A stretch of DNA of 64,000 bases from an uncultured virus (IMG/VR IMGVR_UViG_3300048547_000618). Lineage: Duplodnaviria > Heunggongvirae > Uroviricota > Caudoviricetes. Numbering within the stretch: the first letter of the stretch is position 1; each line of letters begins with the position of its first letter. The position numbers were made by a program, and so were the translations under genes. Where the stretch lies: IMG/VR virus record IMGVR_UViG_3300048547_000618; one strand, given 5' to 3'. The notes beneath the pieces were generated by a model, which did no database searches, was not told the origin of the DNA, and saw only the letters and a program-made list of their open reading frames with translations. Of this stretch, positions 46,707-56,813 are shown piece after piece.

Positions 46707-49304
46707 TTATCTCACAATGTCTGCACGCAAAATCGTACTATCAGCAGTATACCCAGTAGTATCCATTGTAATTGTTCCACTTTGACCTGTATCCTGTCCT
46801 GGCCCAACGACATCAATCCCGCCGGACGTATAATCATTTTTAACATTATGATAAAATCTTTGTGCAATACCGCTGTTTTGTTTTTTCTGATATAAAAATG
46901 ATCCAAATTGCTTTGTACCTGCAAGGTGAACATTTTTATGCAATGCACCACGATATCTTTCTTGTGATACTGAAGATTTAATATCATACGAGTACTCTTG
47001 ATAGAAATCACTATCTTGTATTCTCATTTGACCTTCGTAGTAAACATCAGCACCGTTTTCAGCTACTGTACTTGTGTAGCCATTAATATGAGAATTAAGT
47101 TGTCCCCAGAAACCTTCTGTAATTCCTTCTGTTACAGCTTGGGCCGTACCTCTTGCTTGAATGTTATCATTATCATCTACTATTAAGATTACTTCCCCAT
47201 CCGGATATGCAAATCCTGAATTAATAACCTTTACGCCGGTAATCCTACCATCTTCAAATATAGTTTTAGCACTCATATCAGCATTAGCACCAATTACTTC
47301 AGAAGTGTAATCTCGTTCTGATGCAAGGATAGGATAATTATTTCCTCTGAATAAAATATCGTTTGTAGAGTTAAATCCGTAATAAGCATACGGTGTTACT
47401 TTAATAAACTTTTCTCCACTATTAACTCCGGTAATTTTACCAACCACGCCAGACGTTTCTTGTGTAATGATATCGCCAACTGAAAATGCAGCGGTTATAT
47501 TTGAAAGAATAATAATTTGCTCATATCTTGCAAACGGAATCATCGTTGAATCTTGTACTAAAGCAAACACGTCGTTAACGTAATCATTTCCTGGATTCAC
47601 ATTTTCAAACGCGTCAATTACTCCAATATTAAACGGCGTTAAATCAAACGCTTCATCTAACGGAGTCGCAAGAGTTACTGGGCTAGCAGTACCTGTCATT
47701 GGAATTAACGCTGGCGGCACTGTATTATAGTCTGCTGAGTTTAAAGGAACATTCACAAAATTACTTATCACATCAGTAATTAAACTTATGTTTTGAATAT
47801 TGGATAAACTTTCTACTTTAACGTCATCAGTGTCATTAGTGTCAGGATATAGTGGACCAGGAGAACTGTCATTTTTTGCAGACACTGCGTTAAAATATGC
47901 TTTATATGCAGGATAAGCATCGTAAAGAGGATTCTGCGTAAGTCTTATTTTAAAGTCTCGCTCAATCCATTCAATTGTAGCTTCATCTGTTAATGTGCCA
48001 TCAAAATATGCTGTTATATTATCTACATCTAATTGGTTAACGAAAGAGTCATTGTTTACATCCCCGAGTTGACGTGTTCCAACAATTGGGGTAAAGTTTG
48101 TAAGTTCTGGTTCTTGCCCATCCGCGGCGCGTTGCATACCTTCTATTATTGTATATGTTGAGTTATATAACGCAGTTTGAGAAGCAGGAATAAGCTTTAC
48201 TGATTTAAGAGGATCTGTAGCTTGAACTGTTTGGATAAACGAAGAGTCTTCAAATTCTGCTGAGCCAATATCTAATTTAACTCCAGCCACAACAGAGTTC
48301 TGTCCAATAACTGTTGCTATTGCAGAAGTAGATGGCTGTTCAATTCTTAAGTCAGTGTTAAATATAAAATTTGGGTTATCAAAAACAATTACTTGATTTG
48401 AAACTATAAGCCTTGTGCCTTCTATTGTATAACCAAATCCGCCGTCTAGCAATTCATATTTTATTATACCAGTTTGCTGCGCAGATACATCAGTTACTAA
48501 AACTTTACCACCTGATCCGTATTTACTTTTTACGTTATAAACGTCTCCAATTTCATTTCCTGTTGTACCACCATAGGCTTCATCAATTGGGGTAATTGCA
48601 TTTAACGATCCACCAATTTTTCCAAAGCTAACATCTTCACCAGCAATTCTCGCCAGGATATCATCGAATTTTTGAAACTGTCCTTTTATGTTATTTAAGT
48701 AAATAACCGGATAGATAGTTTTGTTTTTAATAATAAAGTTAATTTTATCAACAACTGCTTTGGCACCTGACACAGAACCTTTAATATTTCGTGAAAGTAA
48801 ATTTTCATAAGTATAGCTAAGACCGCTGTTTGATACAAAAACGTTATCGTTTGGAAACATTTCTAAATACGAACCAGTTTTCCACGTTGAGTCAGACGGC
48901 TTAAACATATATTTAGATGGATATACAACTTCGGCATACTCTTGATAAAATAGTCTAAAGAATACAATAATACCACCACGAGTACCTTTTCTTCTATAAA
49001 GGTCCATGATATTTTTAATTACAATTCTTACTGTTGTATCATCTAACAATGGCAAGTCCGCAAGAAATGCTTTTTGGAAATGTATAATCATACTCGCTAA
49101 CGTAGTTGATATGTCACGGTATTCGTACATTCGCCGATTGTTATAATGGCTTTGGTTGTATTCTGTTTCTAAGAATTCATAATAATCTTTTACAAGTTGA
49201 ACAAGTTCAGCGCCTTCATCACGATAAATCGCAGGCCACATACTATTAACCTTGAAGGCAATCTTTTTTTCAATTAACTCTTTTTGATTATTATAACCGA
49301 CCAT
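46707..49304 (-). CDS. gp7: Baseplate wedge subunit gp7-like (865 aa)
   Basis: LxxLVKDYYEFLE, IKNIMDLYRRKGT..G...FFRLFY and C-terminal IQDSDFYQEYSY...VHLAG.K.FG motifs; located after gp6. Confidence 0.75.
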   Translation of the reverse strand: MVGYNNQKELIEKKIAFKVNSMWPAIYRDEGAELVQLVKDYYEFLETEYNQSHYNNRRMYEYRDISTTLASMIIHFQKAFLADLPLLDDTTVRIVIKNIMDLYRRKGTRGGIIVFFRLFYQEYAEVVYPSKYMFKPSDSTWKTGSYLEMFPNDNVFVSNSGLSYTYENLLSRNIKGSVSGAKAVVDKINFIIKNKTIYPVIYLNNIKGQFQKFDDILARIAGEDVSFGKIGGSLNAITPIDEAYGGTTGNEIGDVYNVKSKYGSGGKVLVTDVSAQQTGIIKYELLDGGFGYTIEGTRLIVSNQVIVFDNPNFIFNTDLRIEQPSTSAIATVIGQNSVVAGVKLDIGSAEFEDSSFIQTVQATDPLKSVKLIPASQTALYNSTYTIIEGMQRAADGQEPELTNFTPIVGTRQLGDVNNDSFVNQLDVDNITAYFDGTLTDEATIEWIERDFKIRLTQNPLYDAYPAYKAYFNAVSAKNDSSPGPLYPDTNDTDDVKVESLSNIQNISLITDVISNFVNVPLNSADYNTVPPALIPMTGTASPVTLATPLDEAFDLTPFNIGVIDAFENVNPGNDYVNDVFALVQDSTMIPFARYEQIIILSNITAAFSVGDIITQETSGVVGKITGVNSGEKFIKVTPYAYYGFNSTNDILFRGNNYPILASERDYTSEVIGANADMSAKTIFEDGRITGVKVINSGFAYPDGEVILIVDDNDNIQARGTAQAVTEGITEGFWGQLNSHINGYTSTVAENGADVYYEGQMRIQDSDFYQEYSYDIKSSVSQERYRGALHKNVHLAGTKQFGSFLYQKKQNSGIAQRFYHNVKNDYTSGGIDVVGPGQDTGQSGTITMDTTGYTADSTILRADIVR

Positions 49305-49305
49305 T

Positions 49306-51102
49306 TTATTCAGTCTCTCTTAATGTTACTTCTACATCGTCGTCGCGGATTGCAAAAATTCTACCTTTTGGAGCAGCAATGTCATCGTAAACAGTTGTGG
49401 CAATAAATTGAATAGCAGAGCCAGAAAATCCATCGGTTCTAAAATTAATTAGTTTTACATCGCCTGCGTCATAGTCAACAGTGCCTGCCGTTGGATCAAT
49501 AATTTGTGGATTAGAAAGATCGCTAGTAACTAATTGCATGTTTCCGATGCCATCATCTTGTAAGTATACACAAACATTATCTACTGAAAATTGTCCACTT
49601 ACAATAGATGGTTTATATTCTGAAAATCCATTCGTTTCACGGAACGGGTACGGCTTTACTAATGGTGTACCAAATTTAAATATAGGATTAGATTTGATAT
49701 TAAGATCTGGTGTGTATTCAATAATCGGCTTTGCCGTCATGGCATTTGAAGTTATAGATACGTCAGCTGCGTCGATGTTAGAGGACAGGTTTGATAACCT
49801 TAGGGTAGTATTAAAGTTATCTAACGTTCCTTCTGAGTATGCTTGTACCGTGTCTCTAACCAACTGCGCAATAAAATCAGAATTTTTTGTAGTAAGCTTT
49901 GGATTATAATTAACACGAACTGTAATTTTGCCATACACAAATTCGGATGGAACGAATGTTGGCTCAATAGCTAATGGAGTCTTATCTGCCAAATAATCAA
50001 GATATGTATTTACCAAAGTATTTGATAAGGTTTCTTCAGCTTCTCCTAAATAAACTGATATCGCAACGCGTCCAAATTGCGGAGGATTTAAATTTTCTCC
50101 ACCGTATGCTGACACGGCTTTAATTTCTGGAAATTGTTGTTTAAGTAATACTTCATAATCAGAAGTTGTTATAGCTCTCTCCTGAATTTGTAAAGCCTTA
50201 GGGGCAAAGTAACGGATTTTTTCTAATGACTCTGCGTCTGCGCCGCCAAGTGCCGCCTGTATTGTTTCAACTTCAGTTGTACCTGTTGAAGTAATTTGAA
50301 TTGTAAAAACACTTGCACCATTTGGTTCGGCACCTGAACAAATTCTATACTTAACACGAATATCTTCGTATTCATCAGGCTGTATGCCAAACACGTTGTT
50401 ACCAAAATAAATTTTATACCTGCCATCATAATATGGTTCTACGTAAAATACTTTATCTTCAGGTCCAACTCCAAAGATATCATTTTTGCGAGTAAATATA
50501 TTTGCGTCTTCTGTAAACTCGGCATCAACAAATACCTCGAGAGAATCAATATCAGCGTTTTCGTTTGAAAGAATAACTGTAAGAATGCCATCTTCGTCAA
50601 CAAAATACCCTTCACGTTCAAAGCTTGTTAGCATTTGTCCTTCAAAGAGTTCAATATTGTCTGCAACGAATACACCAGTTTCTGTTTTCTTTGCAACATA
50701 TGCTTTGTCCGTAACGAATTCATAATTCTCCCCTTGGAAAGAAGCCTTGAATGCTGCGAACTGAGGGATTGTAATTGTTTGTCCTGTAATTGTAGTATCA
50801 CGGATAGTAACTCTTACTGAAGCCCTTGCAGATTTCCTTGAGCTTGGCAAATAATTTAATTCTTTTGCGTGTGATACAACCGAGTTTGGTAATACCGCAG
50901 AGTCAAGAAACATTTCATTGATTGCCATATTGGTATAAAAGTTATTCTGATATGTATTATATGATAACACATCTAAAAGAACATTTAAGTTGGAACCTTC
51001 GAAATCATAATCTTTAAATTGCGATTGACTTTTTAAATAATTAATCAGTTGCTGCTTGTTGCTAGCGAAATCTAATTCTGTTATGTTCAGCTTCGTAGCC
51101 AT
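49306..51102 (-). CDS. gp6: Baseplate wedge subunit gp6
   Basis: ELDF...FKDYDFEGSNLNVLLDVLSYNTY...NEMFLDSA...VVSHAKELNY.P.S and QERAITTSDY motifs. Confidence 0.95.
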   Translation of the reverse strand: MATKLNITELDFASNKQQLINYLKSQSQFKDYDFEGSNLNVLLDVLSYNTYQNNFYTNMAINEMFLDSAVLPNSVVSHAKELNYLPSSRKSARASVRVTIRDTTITGQTITIPQFAAFKASFQGENYEFVTDKAYVAKKTETGVFVADNIELFEGQMLTSFEREGYFVDEDGILTVILSNENADIDSLEVFVDAEFTEDANIFTRKNDIFGVGPEDKVFYVEPYYDGRYKIYFGNNVFGIQPDEYEDIRVKYRICSGAEPNGASVFTIQITSTGTTEVETIQAALGGADAESLEKIRYFAPKALQIQERAITTSDYEVLLKQQFPEIKAVSAYGGENLNPPQFGRVAISVYLGEAEETLSNTLVNTYLDYLADKTPLAIEPTFVPSEFVYGKITVRVNYNPKLTTKNSDFIAQLVRDTVQAYSEGTLDNFNTTLRLSNLSSNIDAADVSITSNAMTAKPIIEYTPDLNIKSNPIFKFGTPLVKPYPFRETNGFSEYKPSIVSGQFSVDNVCVYLQDDGIGNMQLVTSDLSNPQIIDPTAGTVDYDAGDVKLINFRTDGFSGSAIQFIATTVYDDIAAPKGRIFAIRDDDVEVTLRETE

Positions 51103-51103
51103 C

Positions 51104-51520
51104 TTATCGTGTCCTCTCTAATATTACACTCAGCGATATTGGCTGTTGGTTATTTGATATGTAAAATACTATTTTAACGACAACAGTATTGTCATCTATT
51201 TCTGAAGAAACAAGAACATCAATAAGATCAGCTCTTGGCTCATGTAAATTAATTGTGGCTCTTACTTGCTCTTCAATTAATTTAAGTGTTGCTGGTGTAA
51301 TTGTTTCAAACAACATCGCCTTGATATTTCCACCGAGGTTTGGTTGCATTAGTCTTTCACCTTTATCAGTTAAGATAAGGTTTTTTATTGCTTGTTTAAC
51401 GGCTTCTTCATTTTTATTTAAGGTTAGGTCGCTAGACACAGGACTTTTTTCCAAATCCATTTTAAAGTCAGTAAAGACTGTAAACTTTTTATTTCTTGGT
51501 GTTACTAAGCTAACTACCAT
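51104..51520 (-). CDS. gp25: Baseplate wedge subunit gp25
   Basis: AVKQAIKNLILTDKGER...P.LG...LFE and HEPR motifs; C-terminal LERTR. Confidence 0.92.
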   Translation of the reverse strand: MVVSLVTPRNKKFTVFTDFKMDLEKSPVSSDLTLNKNEEAVKQAIKNLILTDKGERLMQPNLGGNIKAMLFETITPATLKLIEEQVRATINLHEPRADLIDVLVSSEIDDNTVVVKIVFYISNNQQPISLSVILERTR

Positions 51521-51535
51521 AATTTTTTTCCTTTA

Positions 51536-53077
51536 TCAAGGTGTGAACACCCTATTCCCTAAATCTACATGGACAAAGCCCGGATATATTCCGTGTCCAG
51601 TAAAGCCTTCAGCATATGCTATTTTCAAAAATTTATCACGCCTTTCTGGATAACCTTTCCATGATATGTCAAATGCGTTGCCGCTTAAATGATATGATCC
51701 TGAAGAACCACCAACTCGGTTATTATGAGTTGTACTTCTCCATGCGCTATTGATATGCAAATCAGCTTCAAATTTTTGCGCCGTTCTCATAAGAATAACT
51801 CTTAAATCACGGTTTGCGTTTTTCCACCCGTCTGCTCCATCGTATGACGGCCATGATGTTAAACTTTTATCAACATATAATCCAGTTCCTGCGCCACCAG
51901 CCAACAAATCTTCATAACTTGGGAGCTCGGCATAATCATCTGGAGTAATTGGTTTGCGATTACCTGCGGCGAGCCACCTCTGTCTTTGATTATTTATCTC
52001 ATTATTCCTTGCCTGTGGTGATTGAACTGGGCGACCTTCAATCACAGCCTTTGCGGCATTTAAATTTCCAGCCGCAGTAATTCTTTGCAAGGCATAAGTA
52101 AATCTATTTGCAAAACTATCAAGTGGATTTTTTAATGCTTGGATTGCATCTTCAATTCCAGCTGCCATTGCGCAAAATCGCGAAATAAGAAATTGAATTT
52201 CTTCCAAACTTGGATTGGCAAATAGACCAACTCCATAGTCAAATAATCCTTTAGCTTTGTTAATAATTTGCTGAATGTTTTCTTCGCTAAAAAATCCTAA
52301 AATGTTTTCTTTAAGATTATGAATTTGTCTGATAACATTTTCATTTACAAACGTTGCCACGTCACTCATAATATTACCTATATTAAAATTCTTAATTGCA
52401 TCTTTAACTTTATTAATTGTTTTTTCAATCATTGAAGTAATTTTATTTTTAAAACTTTCAATTAATGCTGCTACTTTTAGTTTTTCAAAAATTGCTTCTA
52501 ATGGATTTTCAATATTTTTAATTTTATTTAAAAAACCAGCAATGTCTGCAATAGCTTGACCTGCTAGACCAATAAGACCAAAGAAAGCTCCAACACCAGC
52601 AAAAACCTTTGGCATCAAGCTACAAAGTCCTCCAAGAAAACTGTTAGCAAAACCATTTGTATAATAGTCTTGTAGTTGGTAAATAACTGTAGGTGATTTA
52701 AGCTGCTCGTTAAGAGTCAAAGGATCATAATTATATTCTTTCATAAAGTCTGCCGCTTCAAACGGAGTGATAGGTCCTTGACTGACTCGTTGATATAAAG
52801 TATTTAAATCAGGAGTTTCTATTAGTAGATCTTGGATATACGGTTTTGCAGTATATTCGTTTATATTACCTACCGTTGTAAAAAATGCGTCAGACCCGTA
52901 CTTATCAGTCATATAAAGCAAAGGATCAGTTTGTATTCCAGAATTTAATGCATTTACATATTCATTTTGAAATAAAGAAATTTGGTTTTGTGTGTAATAT
53001 CCATTTGTGTCAGTAAACGTTTGGGTGCTTACTAACTGCGTTACAACCGCGTCTTCAGGTTTACAAATTGCTGCCAT
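51536..53077 (-). CDS. Protein with C-terminal Zn peptidase M15 (peptidoglycan peptidase) domain (513 aa)
   Basis: INSAWRS..HN..VGG...SYHLSGNAFDI...GIY..FVHVDLG supplies the H/D/H zinc ligands; the N-terminal region is helical. Confidence 0.85.
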   Translation of the reverse strand: MAAICKPEDAVVTQLVSTQTFTDTNGYYTQNQISLFQNEYVNALNSGIQTDPLLYMTDKYGSDAFFTTVGNINEYTAKPYIQDLLIETPDLNTLYQRVSQGPITPFEAADFMKEYNYDPLTLNEQLKSPTVIYQLQDYYTNGFANSFLGGLCSLMPKVFAGVGAFFGLIGLAGQAIADIAGFLNKIKNIENPLEAIFEKLKVAALIESFKNKITSMIEKTINKVKDAIKNFNIGNIMSDVATFVNENVIRQIHNLKENILGFFSEENIQQIINKAKGLFDYGVGLFANPSLEEIQFLISRFCAMAAGIEDAIQALKNPLDSFANRFTYALQRITAAGNLNAAKAVIEGRPVQSPQARNNEINNQRQRWLAAGNRKPITPDDYAELPSYEDLLAGGAGTGLYVDKSLTSWPSYDGADGWKNANRDLRVILMRTAQKFEADLHINSAWRSTTHNNRVGGSSGSYHLSGNAFDISWKGYPERRDKFLKIAYAEGFTGHGIYPGFVHVDLGNRVFTP

Positions 53078-53085
53078 ATTGTCCT

Positions 53086-55191
53086 CTAAATACTTGCATC
53101 ATACGTTGCTTTTAACGTAGTAAGAATTGTTCTAAGCGGACCACCTAAGTTAGGATCTGCTTTGTTTTGCCCATCGTTATCGTATGAACCAGTGCCAGCT
53201 CCTGGTCCGCTAATTCTCGGTACTCTTGCCCAAATACCAGAAATTCCATTCCCAAATGATTCGAGGGATTTTGAACCATTAAGAAACGCATTAAGCCCAG
53301 CAAACTGTAATAAAACAGTAGCCATTTTATCTTGATTTTCTGGACTAAATTTATCACTTAATGAAAGGCCTGCTTGTTCTGCCAGCGAATCACGAGCAGG
53401 CGTATTATTATCGTTATTATAACCGCGTAAAGTGTCTTCCATAAACTGATATCTTCCACTCGCTTCGGAATTATATTTTCTATCTATGCTTTCTTGCCAA
53501 TTCAATACTTCTTGAATAGTCATTAAAGTTAAACGTTTATCAGGATAATCTGAAAAAGAAATTCCTTTCGGGTACTTTTGAAAAGTTGGAACGTAACCAC
53601 TATTATCAGGAATTCCTTGGCTGCCCCAAATAGCGTCATATCCGCCTGCCCCTGATTCAGCATTACCAATAAGATCAAGAAGTGGGCCAAGCATACCGCC
53701 AACCGCAGAACTAATAGGTGATGTTGGAACGGAAGTACTTACGGTATTATCAACTCCACTTTGTCCGCCAACTCCACCTTCTACTTGATCGTCTCCTGAT
53801 GCAACTCCGTGCGTTGAACCGACATCGCCGTGCGGTTTACCTGAAGCCGTATCTTGTGACTTTCTAATCGGCATTGCTTTTGCTGGTGGCTCAGGCGATT
53901 CAACTCTTTCAGAAGATATTGATTGTTCGGCATATACTGCATCAGTTGCAGAAGCACCACCACCGTTTGCCATATCTACATTATCGTTAATAAACACAGT
54001 AGAGCCGCTAACTGTTGTAATTGAAATGTTTCCATTTGCATCAGCTTTGAGTTGTGCGTTAGATTTTATACTTACGTCTGCAGAACCATAAAGATTTAAA
54101 TCTCCACCATTTGCACGAATGTTTAAATCTGTAACCGCTGACATATTTAAATTGTTAGCGCGGATGTTCATATTTGACGGAGCTTCTAACCACATGAATG
54201 GCGATTTAAAATACATTCCAACACCAGCTTCAAATTGAATTTCTTTTTCAGCATAATAAGAAAAAGTTCCAACGTTTGCATCAAGCCTGATGTCTCCACC
54301 TCTTGCCTGTAGGCGGTCTGAAGCATTAAGTGTCATTTCTCCGCCTGACGTGATATAGCTATTACCATGTACAATTTGTTGATAGTCTCCCATGATTTCT
54401 TCAATTTTATTTCCTTCAACGCGGATCCTTGCATCACCATTAATCGTAACAGTGCTTTGACCTTTAACAACCTTTACTTCGTTTAGGTCTGTAATTTCCC
54501 ACTTGTTACCGGATGCTTTTTCTACAACCAAACCACCTTGTGATATTTGATAAAAAGAACCATCTTTATGATATATCATAATTCTTTCTGAACCAGGTGT
54601 ATCATCTAACTCAATAGAATGCGTTGCAGACGAAATAACTCTATTGTGCGGATACCTCGTATTGTATGCAGTTGGCGGTTCTTCTAATGTTTCATTATCT
54701 TCACCTTGTCCTGCGGCTACAGTAATTTCAACGTTACGAGCCATTTCCTGAGCCAACACATAAGTTTCTTCGAGATTTTCTCCACGCGCTAATCTACTCA
54801 TACGCGGCTGGTTGTGATCTTCAGGAGTAGAACCGGCCGCCGTTCTATATCCGTCATCAGGGCCGTGTGTAGGAATGACGCCATATCCATCAGATTTTGG
54901 ATCAGGACCATTATTGATAGTAGGTATAAGGCCCAAGACCATTGGTGATTGAGCTTCCCTGCCGTCAAGGAACATTCCAAATACCCAATAGTTTTCACGA
55001 GGAATCCAATTACTAGGATCATAATCGCCACGGCAAACAATTGCCCAAGGTAAGTCCTCTGTTGGTACGTCTTGGTTATTTCCATGTATTCCAAACGCTC
55101 TAACTTTTACACGTCCTTCAAAGCGAGGGTCTACAATATCTTCAACAACGCCAACAAAGAATAAAGGATTATCAATACCAATAGCTGCCAT
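53086..55191 (-). CDS. gp5: Baseplate hub spike gp5 with C-terminal lysozyme-like domain
   Basis: OB-fold FFVGVVED..DP...GRVKVRAFG.H...LPWA, then YPHNRV...IELDDTPGSERI and beta-helix repeats. C-terminal AES..GYD...ASGRYQFM..TL...FSPENQD. The ATG at 55191 overlaps the upstream TAA and is preferred over 55200. Confidence 0.9.
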   Translation of the reverse strand: MAAIGIDNPLFFVGVVEDIVDPRFEGRVKVRAFGIHGNNQDVPTEDLPWAIVCRGDYDPSNWIPRENYWVFGMFLDGREAQSPMVLGLIPTINNGPDPKSDGYGVIPTHGPDDGYRTAAGSTPEDHNQPRMSRLARGENLEETYVLAQEMARNVEITVAAGQGEDNETLEEPPTAYNTRYPHNRVISSATHSIELDDTPGSERIMIYHKDGSFYQISQGGLVVEKASGNKWEITDLNEVKVVKGQSTVTINGDARIRVEGNKIEEIMGDYQQIVHGNSYITSGGEMTLNASDRLQARGGDIRLDANVGTFSYYAEKEIQFEAGVGMYFKSPFMWLEAPSNMNIRANNLNMSAVTDLNIRANGGDLNLYGSADVSIKSNAQLKADANGNISITTVSGSTVFINDNVDMANGGGASATDAVYAEQSISSERVESPEPPAKAMPIRKSQDTASGKPHGDVGSTHGVASGDDQVEGGVGGQSGVDNTVSTSVPTSPISSAVGGMLGPLLDLIGNAESGAGGYDAIWGSQGIPDNSGYVPTFQKYPKGISFSDYPDKRLTLMTIQEVLNWQESIDRKYNSEASGRYQFMEDTLRGYNNDNNTPARDSLAEQAGLSLSDKFSPENQDKMATVLLQFAGLNAFLNGSKSLESFGNGISGIWARVPRISGPGAGTGSYDNDGQNKADPNLGGPLRTILTTLKATYDASI

Positions 55192-56552
55192 TATGACCAC
55201 CCAAATTTAATTAAATTGAGAGTTGCGCCGGCTTTTCCATCTTTGAATGTGTGGCTTGAAGATTTAATCATATACTTTCCTGAGAGGTTATTATCTTCAA
55301 CTTTATCAGTAGCTGCGAAGACTGGAATATTTAAATTAAGGATGGTTCCTGGCGATAAATCAATTCTACCACTCAAGCTAACTCCAACAGAAGTTGAATT
55401 TAAATGTTGATCGTAAAAAGTACGCATTGCTGCTATTTCACCATTATTTGCGTCAGACCTTAAACTTGTAGCTCTATCGTTAGGACCTTGTGTATCTTTT
55501 AAAACCAAAAAGTCACGAGCGTTTTCATCTGTAAATTTTTCATTGATATATTGTTGTGAATGCGGTAACCTGTCAATAGAAACAGTTTTTCCTGACATAT
55601 CAATAAATTTCGCATCTTCAACTTTCCAACTATTTTCGTAAACCTTTCCGTTCACAAGATCTAATTCTGTTGTCTTAACTCTATATGCGCCTGACAGCAT
55701 TGATTTTGCAGAGTTAGTACCTCTTTCGCCAATTGAAAAATTATTAATTCTATTAATTGATAAGCCCGCATCATCCGGTAAGTTACTTGCGTTCGGCGCA
55801 TAAAACAATTCTTTTAGGTTACCTTTGTCTTCAGCTTCAATTGCTTCTTTAATTAAAAACTCGTCAGTCACAAAGTAATAACCATATATTGTTTCAAACC
55901 ATCTAAACGTATGCGACGGAGTATCAGTATTCATTGCTCGTTTAGATAAAAATCTAAATGCATCGTCAGGCATAATACTTGGCATAATAATATCAATAAG
56001 TCCTTCGGTCGGTTGAATATAAAGACTTCTATCTCTATCATTAAGTATTTTATGCCGGGCAGTACCAAATGTTAATACTCTTGTTTTATCTTGTTCATCT
56101 AAGTAATCAGCTTTATCCAAATCAGAAACATAATCTTCAAACACCTCTTGAACAATTTGCTTCACTGATTTATTTTTATAGGAACTTTTTACTCTGCGAT
56201 TTCCACCATCATAACTTGTTCTTGAAATAAAAGATAACGTATATGTTGTACCAGTGTTCATTCTATTTGGTGATACTCTTGAAATTGAAAATACTTGTAG
56301 TTTTAGTTCAACCTTTTGCCCAGTATCAAATAATTCTATTTCTAAGTCAAGTTTTTCTTCACCTCGTAAAGGAGTCCCTTCAAGGTAATTCAAATTTTCA
56401 AGAACGGTCATAGAGCCAGAATAGTTTGAATTAATAGATTGAGAAATTTCAAGACCTATAACAAACTCTTTCATATCAACAGTCGTGCCGTTCATAGTAG
56501 TTATGAGCGCCCTGGATATTTCGTAGCCTGCCGGATTAAAAGACTCTGCCAT
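55191..56552 (-). CDS. Baseplate hub protein, gp27-like (453 aa)
   Basis: Located between gp53 and gp5. Has PLRGEE and C-terminal G...L.PG..L...SGKYMI...H.F motifs typical of gp27/GPD-like hubs. Confidence 0.65.
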   Translation of the reverse strand: MAESFNPAGYEISRALITTMNGTTVDMKEFVIGLEISQSINSNYSGSMTVLENLNYLEGTPLRGEEKLDLEIELFDTGQKVELKLQVFSISRVSPNRMNTGTTYTLSFISRTSYDGGNRRVKSSYKNKSVKQIVQEVFEDYVSDLDKADYLDEQDKTRVLTFGTARHKILNDRDRSLYIQPTEGLIDIIMPSIMPDDAFRFLSKRAMNTDTPSHTFRWFETIYGYYFVTDEFLIKEAIEAEDKGNLKELFYAPNASNLPDDAGLSINRINNFSIGERGTNSAKSMLSGAYRVKTTELDLVNGKVYENSWKVEDAKFIDMSGKTVSIDRLPHSQQYINEKFTDENARDFLVLKDTQGPNDRATSLRSDANNGEIAAMRTFYDQHLNSTSVGVSLSGRIDLSPGTILNLNIPVFAATDKVEDNNLSGKYMIKSSSHTFKDGKAGATLNLIKFGWS

Positions 56553-56555
56553 TTG

Positions 56556-56810
56556 TTAAATTCTTATCTTACTCTTAAATTCACGAGTTAACTGTGGTAA
56601 GTACCTATTATCAAATAGATATATTTCGCGCTTGTTTTCATTAATTGCGTTTTCGTTATCATATATACGCCATGCTTTCCATTCTTCAGGAATGATGCGT
56701 TTGATAACAATTTTACGTCCTTGCTCTGTACGCAAAATAACACGGTCTTCTCTTCTTAAATAGATTGTTAAAAAACTATCCGGTGTAAGTTTAATAATAT
56801 CAACAGCCAT
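56556..56810 (-). CDS. gp53: gp53 C-terminal half (84 aa)
   Basis: YDNENAINENKREIYL....Y..Q...EF matches the gp53 C-terminal motif; has its own AGGGAGG SD. Confidence 0.75.
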   Translation of the reverse strand: MAVDIIKLTPDSFLTIYLRREDRVILRTEQGRKIVIKRIIPEEWKAWRIYDNENAINENKREIYLFDNRYLPQLTREFKSKIRI

Positions 56811-56813
56811 TTA

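Noticed and set aside
55192..55200. gp5 start at 55200 as given in the ORF track
   Set aside because: The ATG at 55191 overlapping the upstream TAA fits the coupling pattern seen throughout the window.
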